This document shows positions 28,281 to 37,999 of a stretch of DNA of 64,000 nt, piece by piece; position 1 is the first letter of the stretch, and each line of letters begins with the position of its first letter. Below the pieces are notes generated by a model. The model saw only the letters and a program-made list of their open reading frames with translations. It did not search any database and was not told the DNA's origin. The position numbers were made by a program, and so were the translations under genes. Source of the stretch: Gammaproteobacteria bacterium (lineage in GTDB: Bacteria; Pseudomonadota; Gammaproteobacteria; Eutrophobiales; Eutrophobiaceae); assembly GCA_028279365.1 (NCBI GenBank), contig JANQNX010000010.1, positions 20,206-84,205 on the forward strand. The letters run 5' to 3'.

Positions 28281-29089
28281 CCTGCCTTCGCGATTTCAAC
28301 CTGGCTAAACGGTAGATCGGTATCACCACTTAATAACCAATCCAGCAATCGTCGATAGGCCATGACACCTCTGGCATCCGGATATAAGCAGGAAGCCGGT
28401 TTACGTTTACTGCTTGCCTCCCTGAATTTGGTATCGATGGGAATATGTTCCGACCAGAGTTTTTCTGAGTGTTGCTCGCGCAAATGATTCAGGCTTTCCA
28501 TTGATGCACGGGTACGACGATCAAACATAGTGGGCACGATCAGGTAATCCAGATTGTGCTTACCGGAATTCACGATCATCGTTAAGGTATTTAAGATTCG
28601 TTCCAGTCCTTTGATCGCAAGGTACTCCGTTTGCACAGGAATAATCAATTTTTTGCAAGCTGCCAGTGCGTTCACCATTAATATGCCAAGCGTCGGCGGA
28701 CAATCGATCAACACATAGTCATAATGATTACGATATTGTTCCAACGTATCTTTAATCACCAGCCCCATACCCTGGTTCATGCTTGCCTGTCTATCGAGTG
28801 AAACCAGCGAAGTCGATGCAGGTAGCAAATCCAGTCCATCGACGCCGGTACGGCACAACATTGATGCCAGTGGCGCACGTCTGTCCTGTATCTTCTTTTG
28901 AAAAAGTGAATATACGCTTTCCTCTACCGTATCCGGATTGAAAGAAAAGTAGCTGGTCAGAGAGCCATGTGGATCGGTATCAATAATAAGCACGCGTTGC
29001 TGTTGCTCTGCCAACAAACCGGCAAGTGTTACCGTGGTGGTGGTCTTACCCACGCCGCCTTTTTGATTGGCTATGGTCCAGATTTTCAT
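28277..29089 (-). CDS. ParA/MinD-family ATPase associated with the che operon
   Basis: Deviant Walker A IANQKGGVGKTTTTVTLA. Confidence 0.85.
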   Translation of the reverse strand: MKIWTIANQKGGVGKTTTTVTLAGLLAEQQQRVLIIDTDPHGSLTSYFSFNPDTVEESVYSLFQKKIQDRRAPLASMLCRTGVDGLDLLPASTSLVSLDRQASMNQGMGLVIKDTLEQYRNHYDYVLIDCPPTLGILMVNALAACKKLIIPVQTEYLAIKGLERILNTLTMIVNSGKHNLDYLIVPTMFDRRTRASMESLNHLREQHSEKLWSEHIPIDTKFREASSKRKPASCLYPDARGVMAYRRLLDWLLSGDTDLPFSQVEIAKAG

Positions 29090-29970
29090 ACTGACTCCTG
29101 ATCGGTTTCAACGGTTTCGCGTTGCTCCGGTGTAGCCGGAATAATGATATTGATACGACGATTTTGTTTACGGCCTTCTTCCGTTGTGTTATCTGCCACC
29201 GGACGAAATTCGGCATAGCCAATCGCGGACATTCGCTCTGGCGCAATCTTCTTTTTCATAAACAAATGTACAACGCTGGCCGCCCTGGCTGCGGACAATT
29301 CCCAATTAGATGGAAACGCCAGGGTATGAATCGGCTGATCATCGGTAAAACCCTCAACCTGGATCGGATTGGTAAAGGTAGAAAACAATAATGCCAGGTT
29401 AGATAATACCGGTACCGCTTCCTTGACCAGTCTGGCACTGCCACTGGGAAACAGGATCTGACTTTTGATCTCTATTTTTATTTCCTTATCGGTATTCGTC
29501 ACACTAATCAGTTGTTCATCCAAAAAAGGAAATAACTCATTGCGAATATCGTCAGCAATCTCACCCAGACTTTTTTTAATCCGGTCTTCTTCTTTTGACG
29601 GGTTTTCCACCGCCTCGGCAAGCTTACCGGTCGTTTGCTGCTCGATGTCCTGTTGCAAGGAATAATCATTTTCTGCCAGTTCCCGTTGTTCCTGATCGTC
29701 AACCAGGCCTTCGGATTGCTCATAGGGAAGTTTTTGATCGATAGGTAAATCAATCGGACTGGGTTGCAACAGTTCCGGTTTATCGGGTTTATCGAAGGCC
29801 TGCACCAGCGCATCAGACAAGACGCGATATTTACCTTCACTGACCGATGAAATGGAATACATCACGACAAAGAAAGCAAATAACAAGGTAATAAAATCGG
29901 CGTATGAGACCAACCAGCGTTCATGGTTCGCTTCTTCTTCGTGTTGATGTTGACGACGCCTGTTACGCAT
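29086..29970 (-). CDS. motD: Flagellar stator protein MotB family (MotD-like), OmpA-like C-terminus
   Basis: WLVSYADFITLLFAFFVVMY plug/TM signature and a C-terminal peptidoglycan-binding domain. Confidence 0.8.
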   Translation of the reverse strand: MRNRRRQHQHEEEANHERWLVSYADFITLLFAFFVVMYSISSVSEGKYRVLSDALVQAFDKPDKPELLQPSPIDLPIDQKLPYEQSEGLVDDQEQRELAENDYSLQQDIEQQTTGKLAEAVENPSKEEDRIKKSLGEIADDIRNELFPFLDEQLISVTNTDKEIKIEIKSQILFPSGSARLVKEAVPVLSNLALLFSTFTNPIQVEGFTDDQPIHTLAFPSNWELSAARAASVVHLFMKKKIAPERMSAIGYAEFRPVADNTTEEGRKQNRRINIIIPATPEQRETVETDQESV

Positions 29971-29984
29971 CGCAATTAAAAACG

Positions 29985-30725
29985 CTAATGTATGAAACTA
30001 TAAAGACGTGCCTGAATAACCCTCGGGTTATAACCCTCGGAAATATTGACAATGCCCTCAATAAGCATTTCTCGAAATTGACTTTCTTCCTGAATAACAC
30101 TTTTTATCTTATTACCTATCGGAATGAACAATAAATTGGCAAATGACACGCCATATATCGTAGCTACAAATGCAACAGCTATGCCATCTCCAAGCTGGGT
30201 CGGGTCCGACAGGTTACCCATGACATGAATCAAACCCAGTACCGCGCCAATAATGCCAATGGTGGGAGAATAAGCGCCAAGGCTGTCAAAGACTTTTGCC
30301 GCCTGTAAATCGAGTCTTTCTTTAGTGAACAGATCAATTTCCATGGTTGAACGAATATCTTCCGGTTCGTAACCATCAACCAGCATCTGAATCCCTTTCT
30401 TGACGAAAATATCCTGTTCATCATCCATGACATCTTCCAGACCCAGTAGTCCCTGTCGACGCGCGATATCACTCCATTGAACGATACGATCAATAGAATC
30501 ATCCAGCTTTAATACAGGGGGGAAAAAGACCCAGCGCGATAAACGCATGGCATGCATAAACACGACTAATGGCGACTGCAACATGGTTGCGCCGAGAGAG
30601 CCACCAAACACAATCAGTAAGGCAGGACCATTAATCAGTGAAGTAAGATGGCCACCTTCAAGATATTGACCAAGTAATATGGCACCGATGCCAACGATAA
30701 TGCCCAGGATACTTAATAGATCCAT
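29985..30725 (-). CDS. motC: Flagellar stator protein MotA/PomA family (MotC-like)
   Basis: 246 aa. 4 TM helices with the conserved C-terminal TM3/4 (GIIGAVLGLIHVM…ATIYGVSFANLLFIP). Confidence 0.85.
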   Translation of the reverse strand: MDLLSILGIIVGIGAILLGQYLEGGHLTSLINGPALLIVFGGSLGATMLQSPLVVFMHAMRLSRWVFFPPVLKLDDSIDRIVQWSDIARRQGLLGLEDVMDDEQDIFVKKGIQMLVDGYEPEDIRSTMEIDLFTKERLDLQAAKVFDSLGAYSPTIGIIGAVLGLIHVMGNLSDPTQLGDGIAVAFVATIYGVSFANLLFIPIGNKIKSVIQEESQFREMLIEGIVNISEGYNPRVIQARLYSFIH

Positions 30726-30731
30726 GGTGCA

Positions 30732-31757
30732 TTAATGCCTCGCCAGAGACGTTCCTATCTCATCAACCGACATTACCTTGTCAGCAAGATTCGCTTTCAC
30801 AATATGCATGGGCATACCATAAACGACTGATGTTTCCTCGTCCTGTGCCCAGACGCTGGCACCTTTCGCGCGTAATGCGCGCGCACCTTCACAACCGTCA
30901 TTACCCATACCGGTCAGGATAATTGCCAATACGCGACCGGTATATTCACTGGCTATGGATTCAAACGTGATATCAACACTGGGACGATAAGTCGTTTGTG
31001 GTGGATCGTCATTCACTACCAGTACATTTTCACGCCGGTTACGCTTCAGGCGCATCTGTCTGCCACCCGGTGCGATGTAAACCACGCCGTTTTTCAATAC
31101 ATCGCCGTCTTTCGCTTCGACTACATTGACCGCACACATTCTGTTCAGTCGTTCAGCAAACGCACCGGTAAAACTGGCCGGCATATGTTGAATCAACACG
31201 ATCGGTATAGGGAAACTGGCTGGTAGTGTTTTTAATACTTTCTCTATCGCAATCGGACCACCCGTAGAAGCACCAATAACGGCAAGCTGATAGGCACTCA
31301 TACTGGTAGAGGACACGCGTTTCAACACATCCGGTACTTTCGGTGCCGTCGACATTTTTCCTTTTTTAGCCAATGAGATGACACGATCACAAAGCGTCGT
31401 GATAATTTCGTTGCGTTCCTTGGCTATCTCATCAAACTTCTTTGGCAGGAAATCAGATGCACCGGCATTCAACGCATCAAATGTTGCCGCAGCGCCCTCT
31501 TCCGTTAAGGTAGAAAACATTAATATGGGTGTGTTGGAGAATTTGCGTATTTGTTTTACCGCATCGATGCCATTCATACGCGGCATCTCGATATCCATGG
31601 TAATAATATCCGGTTTTAGTTTACGCACCTTGTCGACAGCTTCGATACCATCAACAGCATAATCAATGACTTCTATCTCCGGATGTGAAGATAAAAACTC
31701 AGTGATTCTACGTCGAAAAAAACTCGAGTCATCGACGACGAAAACTTTAATCATCAT
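30732..31757 (-). CDS. cheB: Chemotaxis response regulator protein-glutamate methylesterase CheB
   Basis: N-terminal receiver domain plus C-terminal methylesterase domain (GASTGGP…HMP). Confidence 0.9.
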   Translation of the reverse strand: MMIKVFVVDDSSFFRRRITEFLSSHPEIEVIDYAVDGIEAVDKVRKLKPDIITMDIEMPRMNGIDAVKQIRKFSNTPILMFSTLTEEGAAATFDALNAGASDFLPKKFDEIAKERNEIITTLCDRVISLAKKGKMSTAPKVPDVLKRVSSTSMSAYQLAVIGASTGGPIAIEKVLKTLPASFPIPIVLIQHMPASFTGAFAERLNRMCAVNVVEAKDGDVLKNGVVYIAPGGRQMRLKRNRRENVLVVNDDPPQTTYRPSVDITFESIASEYTGRVLAIILTGMGNDGCEGARALRAKGASVWAQDEETSVVYGMPMHIVKANLADKVMSVDEIGTSLARH

Positions 31758-31786
31758 TACTATCCTTTGATGCGATAAACATCATA

Positions 31787-33883
31787 TTAGTAATTAGCCG
31801 CTTTGGATTGAATCAAACTTGGCAGGTCAATGATTAATGCAATCTTACCGTTGCCGGTAATGGTTGCACCGGCAAGGCCCTTGGTACCATAGAGCATCGC
31901 ACCTAAGGGTTTAATCACCACCTCTTCGCGTCCAACCAGTTTATCGACCAGTAAACCAACCTGGCTGGTACCAACAGAAACGATCACCACATGGGCATTT
32001 TTACCTTCGTAAGATTCGCTACTGTTATGCAACAGATTATTCAAATAAAACAAAGGCACGGGTTTGCCCCTGACAATAATCACCGGACTCCCGTCGACCA
32101 TGTTGACCTTGTTCATATCCAGTTCGAGAATTTCTTTTACATTAACTAGTGGTAATGCAAAGGTTTGCTGTGCCTCACCCAGCCTGACCATTAAGGTTGG
32201 CATGATTGCCAGCGTTAATGGCAGCTTGATACTCATGGTCGTTCCTTTGCCTTTGCGAGAATTAATATCGACAATACCATTTAATTGGTTGATACGAGTT
32301 TTAACCACGTCCATACCCACACCACGACCTGATACATCGGAGATTTCTTTTTTGGTTGAAAAGCCCGGCAGGAAAATCAAATTATAAACTTCACGATCTT
32401 CAAGTCTGGATATAGCGTCTTCGTCCATCAAGCCTTTTTCTACCACATTTTTTCGTAATGCATCTGCATCGATACCGGCACCGTCGTCGTCGATGGTTAA
32501 CAGGATTTGATCGCCTTCCTGCTCGGCAGACAACACAACTGTTCCTTTACGTGGTTTACCCGCGGCTTCTCTGACATCCGGCATTTCAATACCATGGTCG
32601 ACCGAGTTACGTACCAGGTGCACTAACGGATCGGCCAGGGCTTCGACCAGGTTCTTATCCAAATCGGTGTCTTCACCGATCATCTCTAACACGACTTCCT
32701 TGTTAAGACTGCGAGCCAGGTCTCTGACCACTCGAGGGAAGCGACCAAACACTTTTTTAATTGGCTGCATGCGGGTCTTCATGACGTAGGTTTGTAAATC
32801 CGCGGTGACGACATCAAGATTACTGACGGTCTTGGTCATTTCATCGTGACCGATTTCTGATTCGAGATTGGCCAGGCGATTTCTTACCAATACCAGTTCA
32901 CCTACCATATTCATGATGCGATCCAGCGTACTGGTTTCTACCCTAACAGTCGTTTCTGCAGCAGGCGTAGCATTTTTATTTGACTTAACCGGGTCTTTAA
33001 CCGTTTCCGCTTTATCTGACGCTGCCGGTTTCAGTGGTACCACCGTATCTTCTTTTGCCTTGTCATTATTAATCGCCTTAAACGCACCTTCATTATTGGC
33101 TTGAAGGTCATCAAGCAGCGATTCAAATTCATCTTCGGTAATTTCGTCTGACTTAGACGCTACTTCAGCCTTTGCTTCAGTTTGTTGTTCATTTGTCGAG
33201 GTGGAATCAGTCTCGGCTTGTTGGCTTGCTTTGGGAACACCACCATGTGACCCCTTGCCATGCAGTTCATCGAGTAAGGCTTCGAACTCATCTTCGGTGA
33301 TCTCGTCAATCGGTGATGAAATCGCATTTTTTTCATCATCCGGTGTTTCTGTAGCTGATGATGGTATATCAACAGTAGCCGAATCGTCAGTGTTATCTGC
33401 TACGACAGGTTCAGCAGTTTGTTGCTCTGTGTCGGTAATCTCAACGTTCTCATTATCATGAACCGATACTTCATTGTTCATCTCCGCTTCTGACTCAGGC
33501 ACAGATAACTTTTCAAGTCGGTTAATTAACGCCTGATCAGCAGCCATCGGATCCTCTCCGGATTTAATTTGCCGGAACATATCATTAACAACATCCAACA
33601 CTTCCAGGACCACATCCATTAATGCAGCATTTACCGAACGTTTACCCTGGCGCAAGATATCGAATACGTTTTCAGCCGTATGACATACGTCGACCAATGG
33701 ATCGATGCTTAAGAAACCGGCACCACCTTTAATCGTGTGAAAACTGCGAAACACCGCATTGAGCAGATCGTTATCTTCCGGGCTGGTCTCAAGATCCACC
33801 AACTGTTCGTTAAGTAACTCCAGAATCTCTCCTGCTTCAAGCAGGAAGTCCTGCATTATTTCGTCATCTAAATCTATTGCCAT
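31787..33883 (-). CDS. cheA: Chemotaxis histidine kinase CheA
   Basis: 698 aa. P1 HPt domain (FRSFHTIKGGAG). Acidic linker with internal repeats. HATPase domain (DDGAGID…GRGVGMDVV). C-terminal CheW-like domain. Confidence 0.9.
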   Translation of the reverse strand: MAIDLDDEIMQDFLLEAGEILELLNEQLVDLETSPEDNDLLNAVFRSFHTIKGGAGFLSIDPLVDVCHTAENVFDILRQGKRSVNAALMDVVLEVLDVVNDMFRQIKSGEDPMAADQALINRLEKLSVPESEAEMNNEVSVHDNENVEITDTEQQTAEPVVADNTDDSATVDIPSSATETPDDEKNAISSPIDEITEDEFEALLDELHGKGSHGGVPKASQQAETDSTSTNEQQTEAKAEVASKSDEITEDEFESLLDDLQANNEGAFKAINNDKAKEDTVVPLKPAASDKAETVKDPVKSNKNATPAAETTVRVETSTLDRIMNMVGELVLVRNRLANLESEIGHDEMTKTVSNLDVVTADLQTYVMKTRMQPIKKVFGRFPRVVRDLARSLNKEVVLEMIGEDTDLDKNLVEALADPLVHLVRNSVDHGIEMPDVREAAGKPRKGTVVLSAEQEGDQILLTIDDDGAGIDADALRKNVVEKGLMDEDAISRLEDREVYNLIFLPGFSTKKEISDVSGRGVGMDVVKTRINQLNGIVDINSRKGKGTTMSIKLPLTLAIMPTLMVRLGEAQQTFALPLVNVKEILELDMNKVNMVDGSPVIIVRGKPVPLFYLNNLLHNSSESYEGKNAHVVIVSVGTSQVGLLVDKLVGREEVVIKPLGAMLYGTKGLAGATITGNGKIALIIDLPSLIQSKAANY

Positions 33884-33929
33884 TGCTTATTCCTTAGTTC
33901 ATCGGGTTATTGAATCAGCGCATCACTGT

Positions 33930-34670
33930 CTAGAACCCAAGACTTGATAACAAGTCATCGACATCATCCTGACCAGACATCACATCAGGATTATCTTCTT
34001 TATTCACTTGTGGGCCTTCCGCCTTAATATCCTTTTGCATGGAAGTATCGGTATTAACCCGGCCTGACTTTTTAATCACATTCACCAGGCTGTCCTGTAT
34101 GTCTTGTACCAAAGTAATAACCTGCCGAATAATTTGTCCGGTTAAATCCTGAAAGTCCTGCGCCATCATGATGTCGGACAGTTTGCCGTTCAGGAACTTT
34201 GCATCCTGTTCGATATTTTCCAGAAACACGTCAATCTTTTTGCTCATCTCTCTGAATTCAGTAACGTTCATTTCCCTGCGTGTGAAACGTTTCCATTCTT
34301 CACGCATGGCTGTGCCATCAGTTTCAAGTTCGTTGGCAACCGGTAACGCTTCTTCTATCGCAGATAACGTGCGGTGGGCTGATTCTTCCGTCTTATCCAT
34401 CACATAATTCAATCTTTCATGGGCATCAGGAATACGATGCTGTGCCAGCTCGGTAATACGATCATCATGATTAAACGAGCCCACCGTGTCATGAAGTTGG
34501 CGTGTTAACTTACCTACTTCCTGAAACAGGACAGACTCATGCTGACTTAATAAGTTGTTCATGATCTTGTCGGTTTCTTCAATGTCACCTTGTTCTAAGC
34601 TGCTTACCAACGACTTTGCCAGCGATAGCCGCATATCGATAGGTTGTTGCTGTTCTGCTGTATCGGTCAT
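33930..34670 (-). CDS. cheZ: CheY-P phosphatase CheZ
   Basis: 246 aa. CheZ catalytic region (…MMAQDFQDLTGQIIRQV…). Confidence 0.85.
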   Translation of the reverse strand: MTDTAEQQQPIDMRLSLAKSLVSSLEQGDIEETDKIMNNLLSQHESVLFQEVGKLTRQLHDTVGSFNHDDRITELAQHRIPDAHERLNYVMDKTEESAHRTLSAIEEALPVANELETDGTAMREEWKRFTRREMNVTEFREMSKKIDVFLENIEQDAKFLNGKLSDIMMAQDFQDLTGQIIRQVITLVQDIQDSLVNVIKKSGRVNTDTSMQKDIKAEGPQVNKEDNPDVMSGQDDVDDLLSSLGF

Positions 34671-34678
34671 GATGCCCC

Positions 34679-35068
34679 CTATGCGGCTTCAATACGTTCA
34701 AAGATCTTGTCTATTTTTTCTTTCAGCGTTTGTGCGGTAAAAGGCTTAACGACATAGCCGTTAACACCGGCTTGCGCCGCTTCAACAATCTGGTCTTTTT
34801 TGGACTCGGCAGTGACCATCAACACCGGCATAGAGGCAAGCTCCGGGTCGGCGCGAACGGCTTTGAGTAGATCAATACCTTGCATACCGGGCATATTCCA
34901 ATCGGTCACCAGGAAATCAAATTTCCCGGTTTGTAACATGGGTAAGGCTGTTTGTCCGTCATCGGCTTCACTGGTATTGGTAAAACCAAGATCGCGCAAC
35001 AGGTTTTTAATGATACGTCGCATGGTAGAAAAATCATCGACGATAAGGATGCTCATGTTTTTATCCAT
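34679..35068 (-). CDS. cheY: Chemotaxis response regulator CheY
   Basis: 129 aa. [31 protein letters not shown]. Confidence 0.9.
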   Translation of the reverse strand: MDKNMSILIVDDFSTMRRIIKNLLRDLGFTNTSEADDGQTALPMLQTGKFDFLVTDWNMPGMQGIDLLKAVRADPELASMPVLMVTAESKKDQIVEAAQAGVNGYVVKPFTAQTLKEKIDKIFERIEAA

Positions 35069-35130
35069 GCCTGCCCTCCAGCATAAGAGACGTTTCGTAG
35101 TTCATAGTCCATTCCACCTTTTTTATCGTT

Positions 35131-35883
35131 TTAAAATTCATCGTCTTCATTAAACAAACGCTGCATCTCGGCTTTTAATCGCATCAATGCCTGCGCATGT
35201 ATCTGGCAAACCCGAGACTCACTGACGCCTAGTACTTCACCGGTCTCACGTAAATTCAATTCTTCATCGTAATACAACGACATTACCAAACGTTCCCTTT
35301 CTGGTAAGCCGGTAATCGCTTTTGCCACCAATTGTTTAACATTGTTTTGTTCGAGTTCATCGTAAGGCCCGGTAATATTTGAGCTTGAGCCTTCGACTAA
35401 CTGCGTATCCTTGCTCAGCATGTCCTCAAAACTGACTATCTGGTGGCTGCTTGAATCCTGTAACACCTGATAGTACTCATCCATCTCCATACCAATGCGC
35501 TCTGCAACTTCATTATCTCGAGCATCACGACCTTGTTCTGCTTCGATTTCACGCATCGCCTGGGTAATTTCCCTGACTTTTCTATGCAACGAGCGCGGCG
35601 TCCAATCGCCCTTTCTTATTTCATCTAACATCGAACCACGTATGCGTATCCCTGCATACGTTTCAAAACTGGCACCTTGTGTTGCATCGTAATTCTTTGC
35701 TGCTTCCAATAACCCAATCATGCCTGACTGGATCAAATCATCGACCTGGACACAGGCAGGTAACCGACTGATTAAATGATAGGCAATGCGTTTTACCAGG
35801 GGCGCATGCTCTTCTATCAGTTGCTCCTGCGAAAGCGAACTGACGCTGTTGGTTTGTTCATAGGCTGCAACCAGAGTACTCAT
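35131..35883 (-). CDS. fliA: Flagellar sigma factor FliA (sigma-28)
   Basis: 250 aa. Sigma-70 regions 2, 3 and 4. Overlaps the flhG stop. Confidence 0.9.
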   Translation of the reverse strand: MSTLVAAYEQTNSVSSLSQEQLIEEHAPLVKRIAYHLISRLPACVQVDDLIQSGMIGLLEAAKNYDATQGASFETYAGIRIRGSMLDEIRKGDWTPRSLHRKVREITQAMREIEAEQGRDARDNEVAERIGMEMDEYYQVLQDSSSHQIVSFEDMLSKDTQLVEGSSSNITGPYDELEQNNVKQLVAKAITGLPERERLVMSLYYDEELNLRETGEVLGVSESRVCQIHAQALMRLKAEMQRLFNEDDEF

Positions 35884-36740
35884 TGTATTGCCCTCGTCGG
35901 CTGCTGATTCTGTATACGCATCATTTGTTCAGCAAAAAAAGTCAGTCGCCCGCTAGCTTTAATTGTTCTTCTATTGCTATCGGCATAGGCAGCCATTTTC
36001 TTGAACGTTTTTATCGATTTTGATTGCGCATTGCCCAGAAACAAGGGATAACGCTTTCTTCCGGCACGGAGAATATTTGCGTCCTCGGGCAAAATCCCCA
36101 TCAACGCGATCACAACGTCAAGATACCGCTCGGTCACCTTGCGCAGGTGTTCAAACAAGGCGGCCCCTTCGGCTTCGGTCTGGACCCGGTTAATAATGAT
36201 CTGGAAACGTGTTAAACGAAAATCCCGATGCAGGGTTTTTATTAGGGCATAGGCATCGGCAATCGAGGCTGGATCATTACAGACAACGACCAGTACTTCC
36301 TGCGCAGCGCTACAAAAGCGAACCACACTGTCGGAAATCCCTGCTGAGGTATCCACGATCAAATAATCCGTTTTATCTGACAATTCATCAAACACATGCA
36401 CCAGTCCGACATGCTGTGCCGGTGTTAACTGATGCATGATTTTTATCCCGGATGCAGCCGGGATGATATTGATATCACCCGGACCGCGGATAATGATGTC
36501 ATTTAACGTACAGTCACCTTCAATGACATGCGACAGGTTGCGTAACGGTTTTAGATCCAGCAATACATCAATATTCGCCAGCGTGAGATCAGCATCAAAT
36601 AGTGTGACTTTTCGTTGTCTGTCTGCCAATGCTAACGCCAGGTTGATTGCAATACTGGTTTTCCCAACACCGCCTTTGCCACTGGTTATCGCCAGTACCT
36701 GTGTTGGCTGATTTTGTCGTGTGCTTGTATTCATACTCAA
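35880..36740 (-). CDS. flhG: Flagellar number regulator FlhG/FleN (MinD-like ATPase)
   Basis: ITSGKGGVGKTSIAINLA deviant Walker A. Confidence 0.85.
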   Translation of the reverse strand: MSMNTSTRQNQPTQVLAITSGKGGVGKTSIAINLALALADRQRKVTLFDADLTLANIDVLLDLKPLRNLSHVIEGDCTLNDIIIRGPGDINIIPAASGIKIMHQLTPAQHVGLVHVFDELSDKTDYLIVDTSAGISDSVVRFCSAAQEVLVVVCNDPASIADAYALIKTLHRDFRLTRFQIIINRVQTEAEGAALFEHLRKVTERYLDVVIALMGILPEDANILRAGRKRYPLFLGNAQSKSIKTFKKMAAYADSNRRTIKASGRLTFFAEQMMRIQNQQPTRAIQ

Positions 36741-37972
36741 TGTCTCAATCCGTGTTGAAATTCAAAGTTGCCATAAGCTTGTTCCAGATGTTCTTCTTCA
36801 AACTGAATATTGCTCTGTTGAGCGCGACTCACCATTCGGGTAATCAGGTCATGTGGTTTAGGCTGGCTGATATCTTCCGGCACACGCTGTCCCTCGCAAA
36901 CGCTGGCAATAGACAGATTCTTTTCAATCGCAGTGGACAATACGTTGCCAAGTGAAGCGGCTTCATCCAGTTTGGTGGTGATACAGCAATCGAGTGATAA
37001 GGACTGATAACTATCAATCAGTTTGGATAAGCTGTTAAAGTTTTCCGTGGCCGGCAGTATCAAACAATTTAATGTATGACTGGGCGCAGAAGATAATAAA
37101 CTGATCTGCTGTTGATATTGTTCATTACGAAAGCTGACACCGGCTGTATCAACCAGTATCAATTTTTCCCTGTTCACTTCGTTAAACAGACTCAGGTAAT
37201 CATCGCGATTATTAATCGTCCTGACCGGGATACCCAGAATACGAGCATAACCTCTAAGTTGTTCCCGAGCACCTACACGATAATTATCGGTTGTCGCCAG
37301 CAAAATATTACTGGTGCCATATTTCAACGCAAAGCGGGTTGCCAGTTTTGCAACGCTGGTAGTCTTACCAGAACCGGTTGGTCCGACAAATTGCACTACA
37401 TTCCCCGCAGCAAGTAACTGTCTGTCGTATTGCGGTATTTGATACGCCAATAATGCGAGCACCGTTCGCCAGGCCTGATCAAAGGCATAATGTTCAGGAA
37501 TCTCTTCAACAATCCGTCGTGCTAATGACGGTGCAATCTCGAGATTAATCAGTTGCCGGATCAAATTCGCCCAAAGCGGATGTTGTCTGCCGATATCACC
37601 CCAGGCGAGACTGGACATTTGTTGTTCCAGCATAGAACGCAAGGATTTAATCTCAAACCGCATTTGATCCATCGTGGATTCATTGGTCCAGATATCGGTT
37701 ACGGTCTCATTAAGACTCTTTCGAGGCGTATCAGGCGTCACTGCCGTTTCTTGTACCACCTCTGCATCGATAATATCTGCGCTGGCTTTAGCCTGTTGCG
37801 TCTGTTTATCGTTCTGTTTGAAGTAGGCCTCATCATAATCATCAGCAACAATTAATTCGACGCCACCCAATACTTTACGATTAGAGAGTATCACCACATC
37901 CGGCCCGTTTTCTTCCTTGGCCATCTCTATTGCCTGACGCATATCTGTCGCAAAATATTTTTTAATCTTCAT
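36737..37972 (-). CDS. flhF: Flagellar biosynthesis SRP-like GTPase FlhF
   Basis: FVGPTGSGKTTSVAKLA G1 motif, DTAG G3 motif. Confidence 0.85.
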   Translation of the reverse strand: MKIKKYFATDMRQAIEMAKEENGPDVVILSNRKVLGGVELIVADDYDEAYFKQNDKQTQQAKASADIIDAEVVQETAVTPDTPRKSLNETVTDIWTNESTMDQMRFEIKSLRSMLEQQMSSLAWGDIGRQHPLWANLIRQLINLEIAPSLARRIVEEIPEHYAFDQAWRTVLALLAYQIPQYDRQLLAAGNVVQFVGPTGSGKTTSVAKLATRFALKYGTSNILLATTDNYRVGAREQLRGYARILGIPVRTINNRDDYLSLFNEVNREKLILVDTAGVSFRNEQYQQQISLLSSAPSHTLNCLILPATENFNSLSKLIDSYQSLSLDCCITTKLDEAASLGNVLSTAIEKNLSIASVCEGQRVPEDISQPKPHDLITRMVSRAQQSNIQFEEEHLEQAYGNFEFQHGLRH

Positions 37973-37999
37973 CGTTGTGCTGTTCCAATCATAGTGTTG

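Noticed and set aside
36024-37855. Plus-strand ORFs within flhG/flhF (36024-36955, 37112-37855)
   Set aside because: Antisense shadow ORFs inside conserved flagellar genes.
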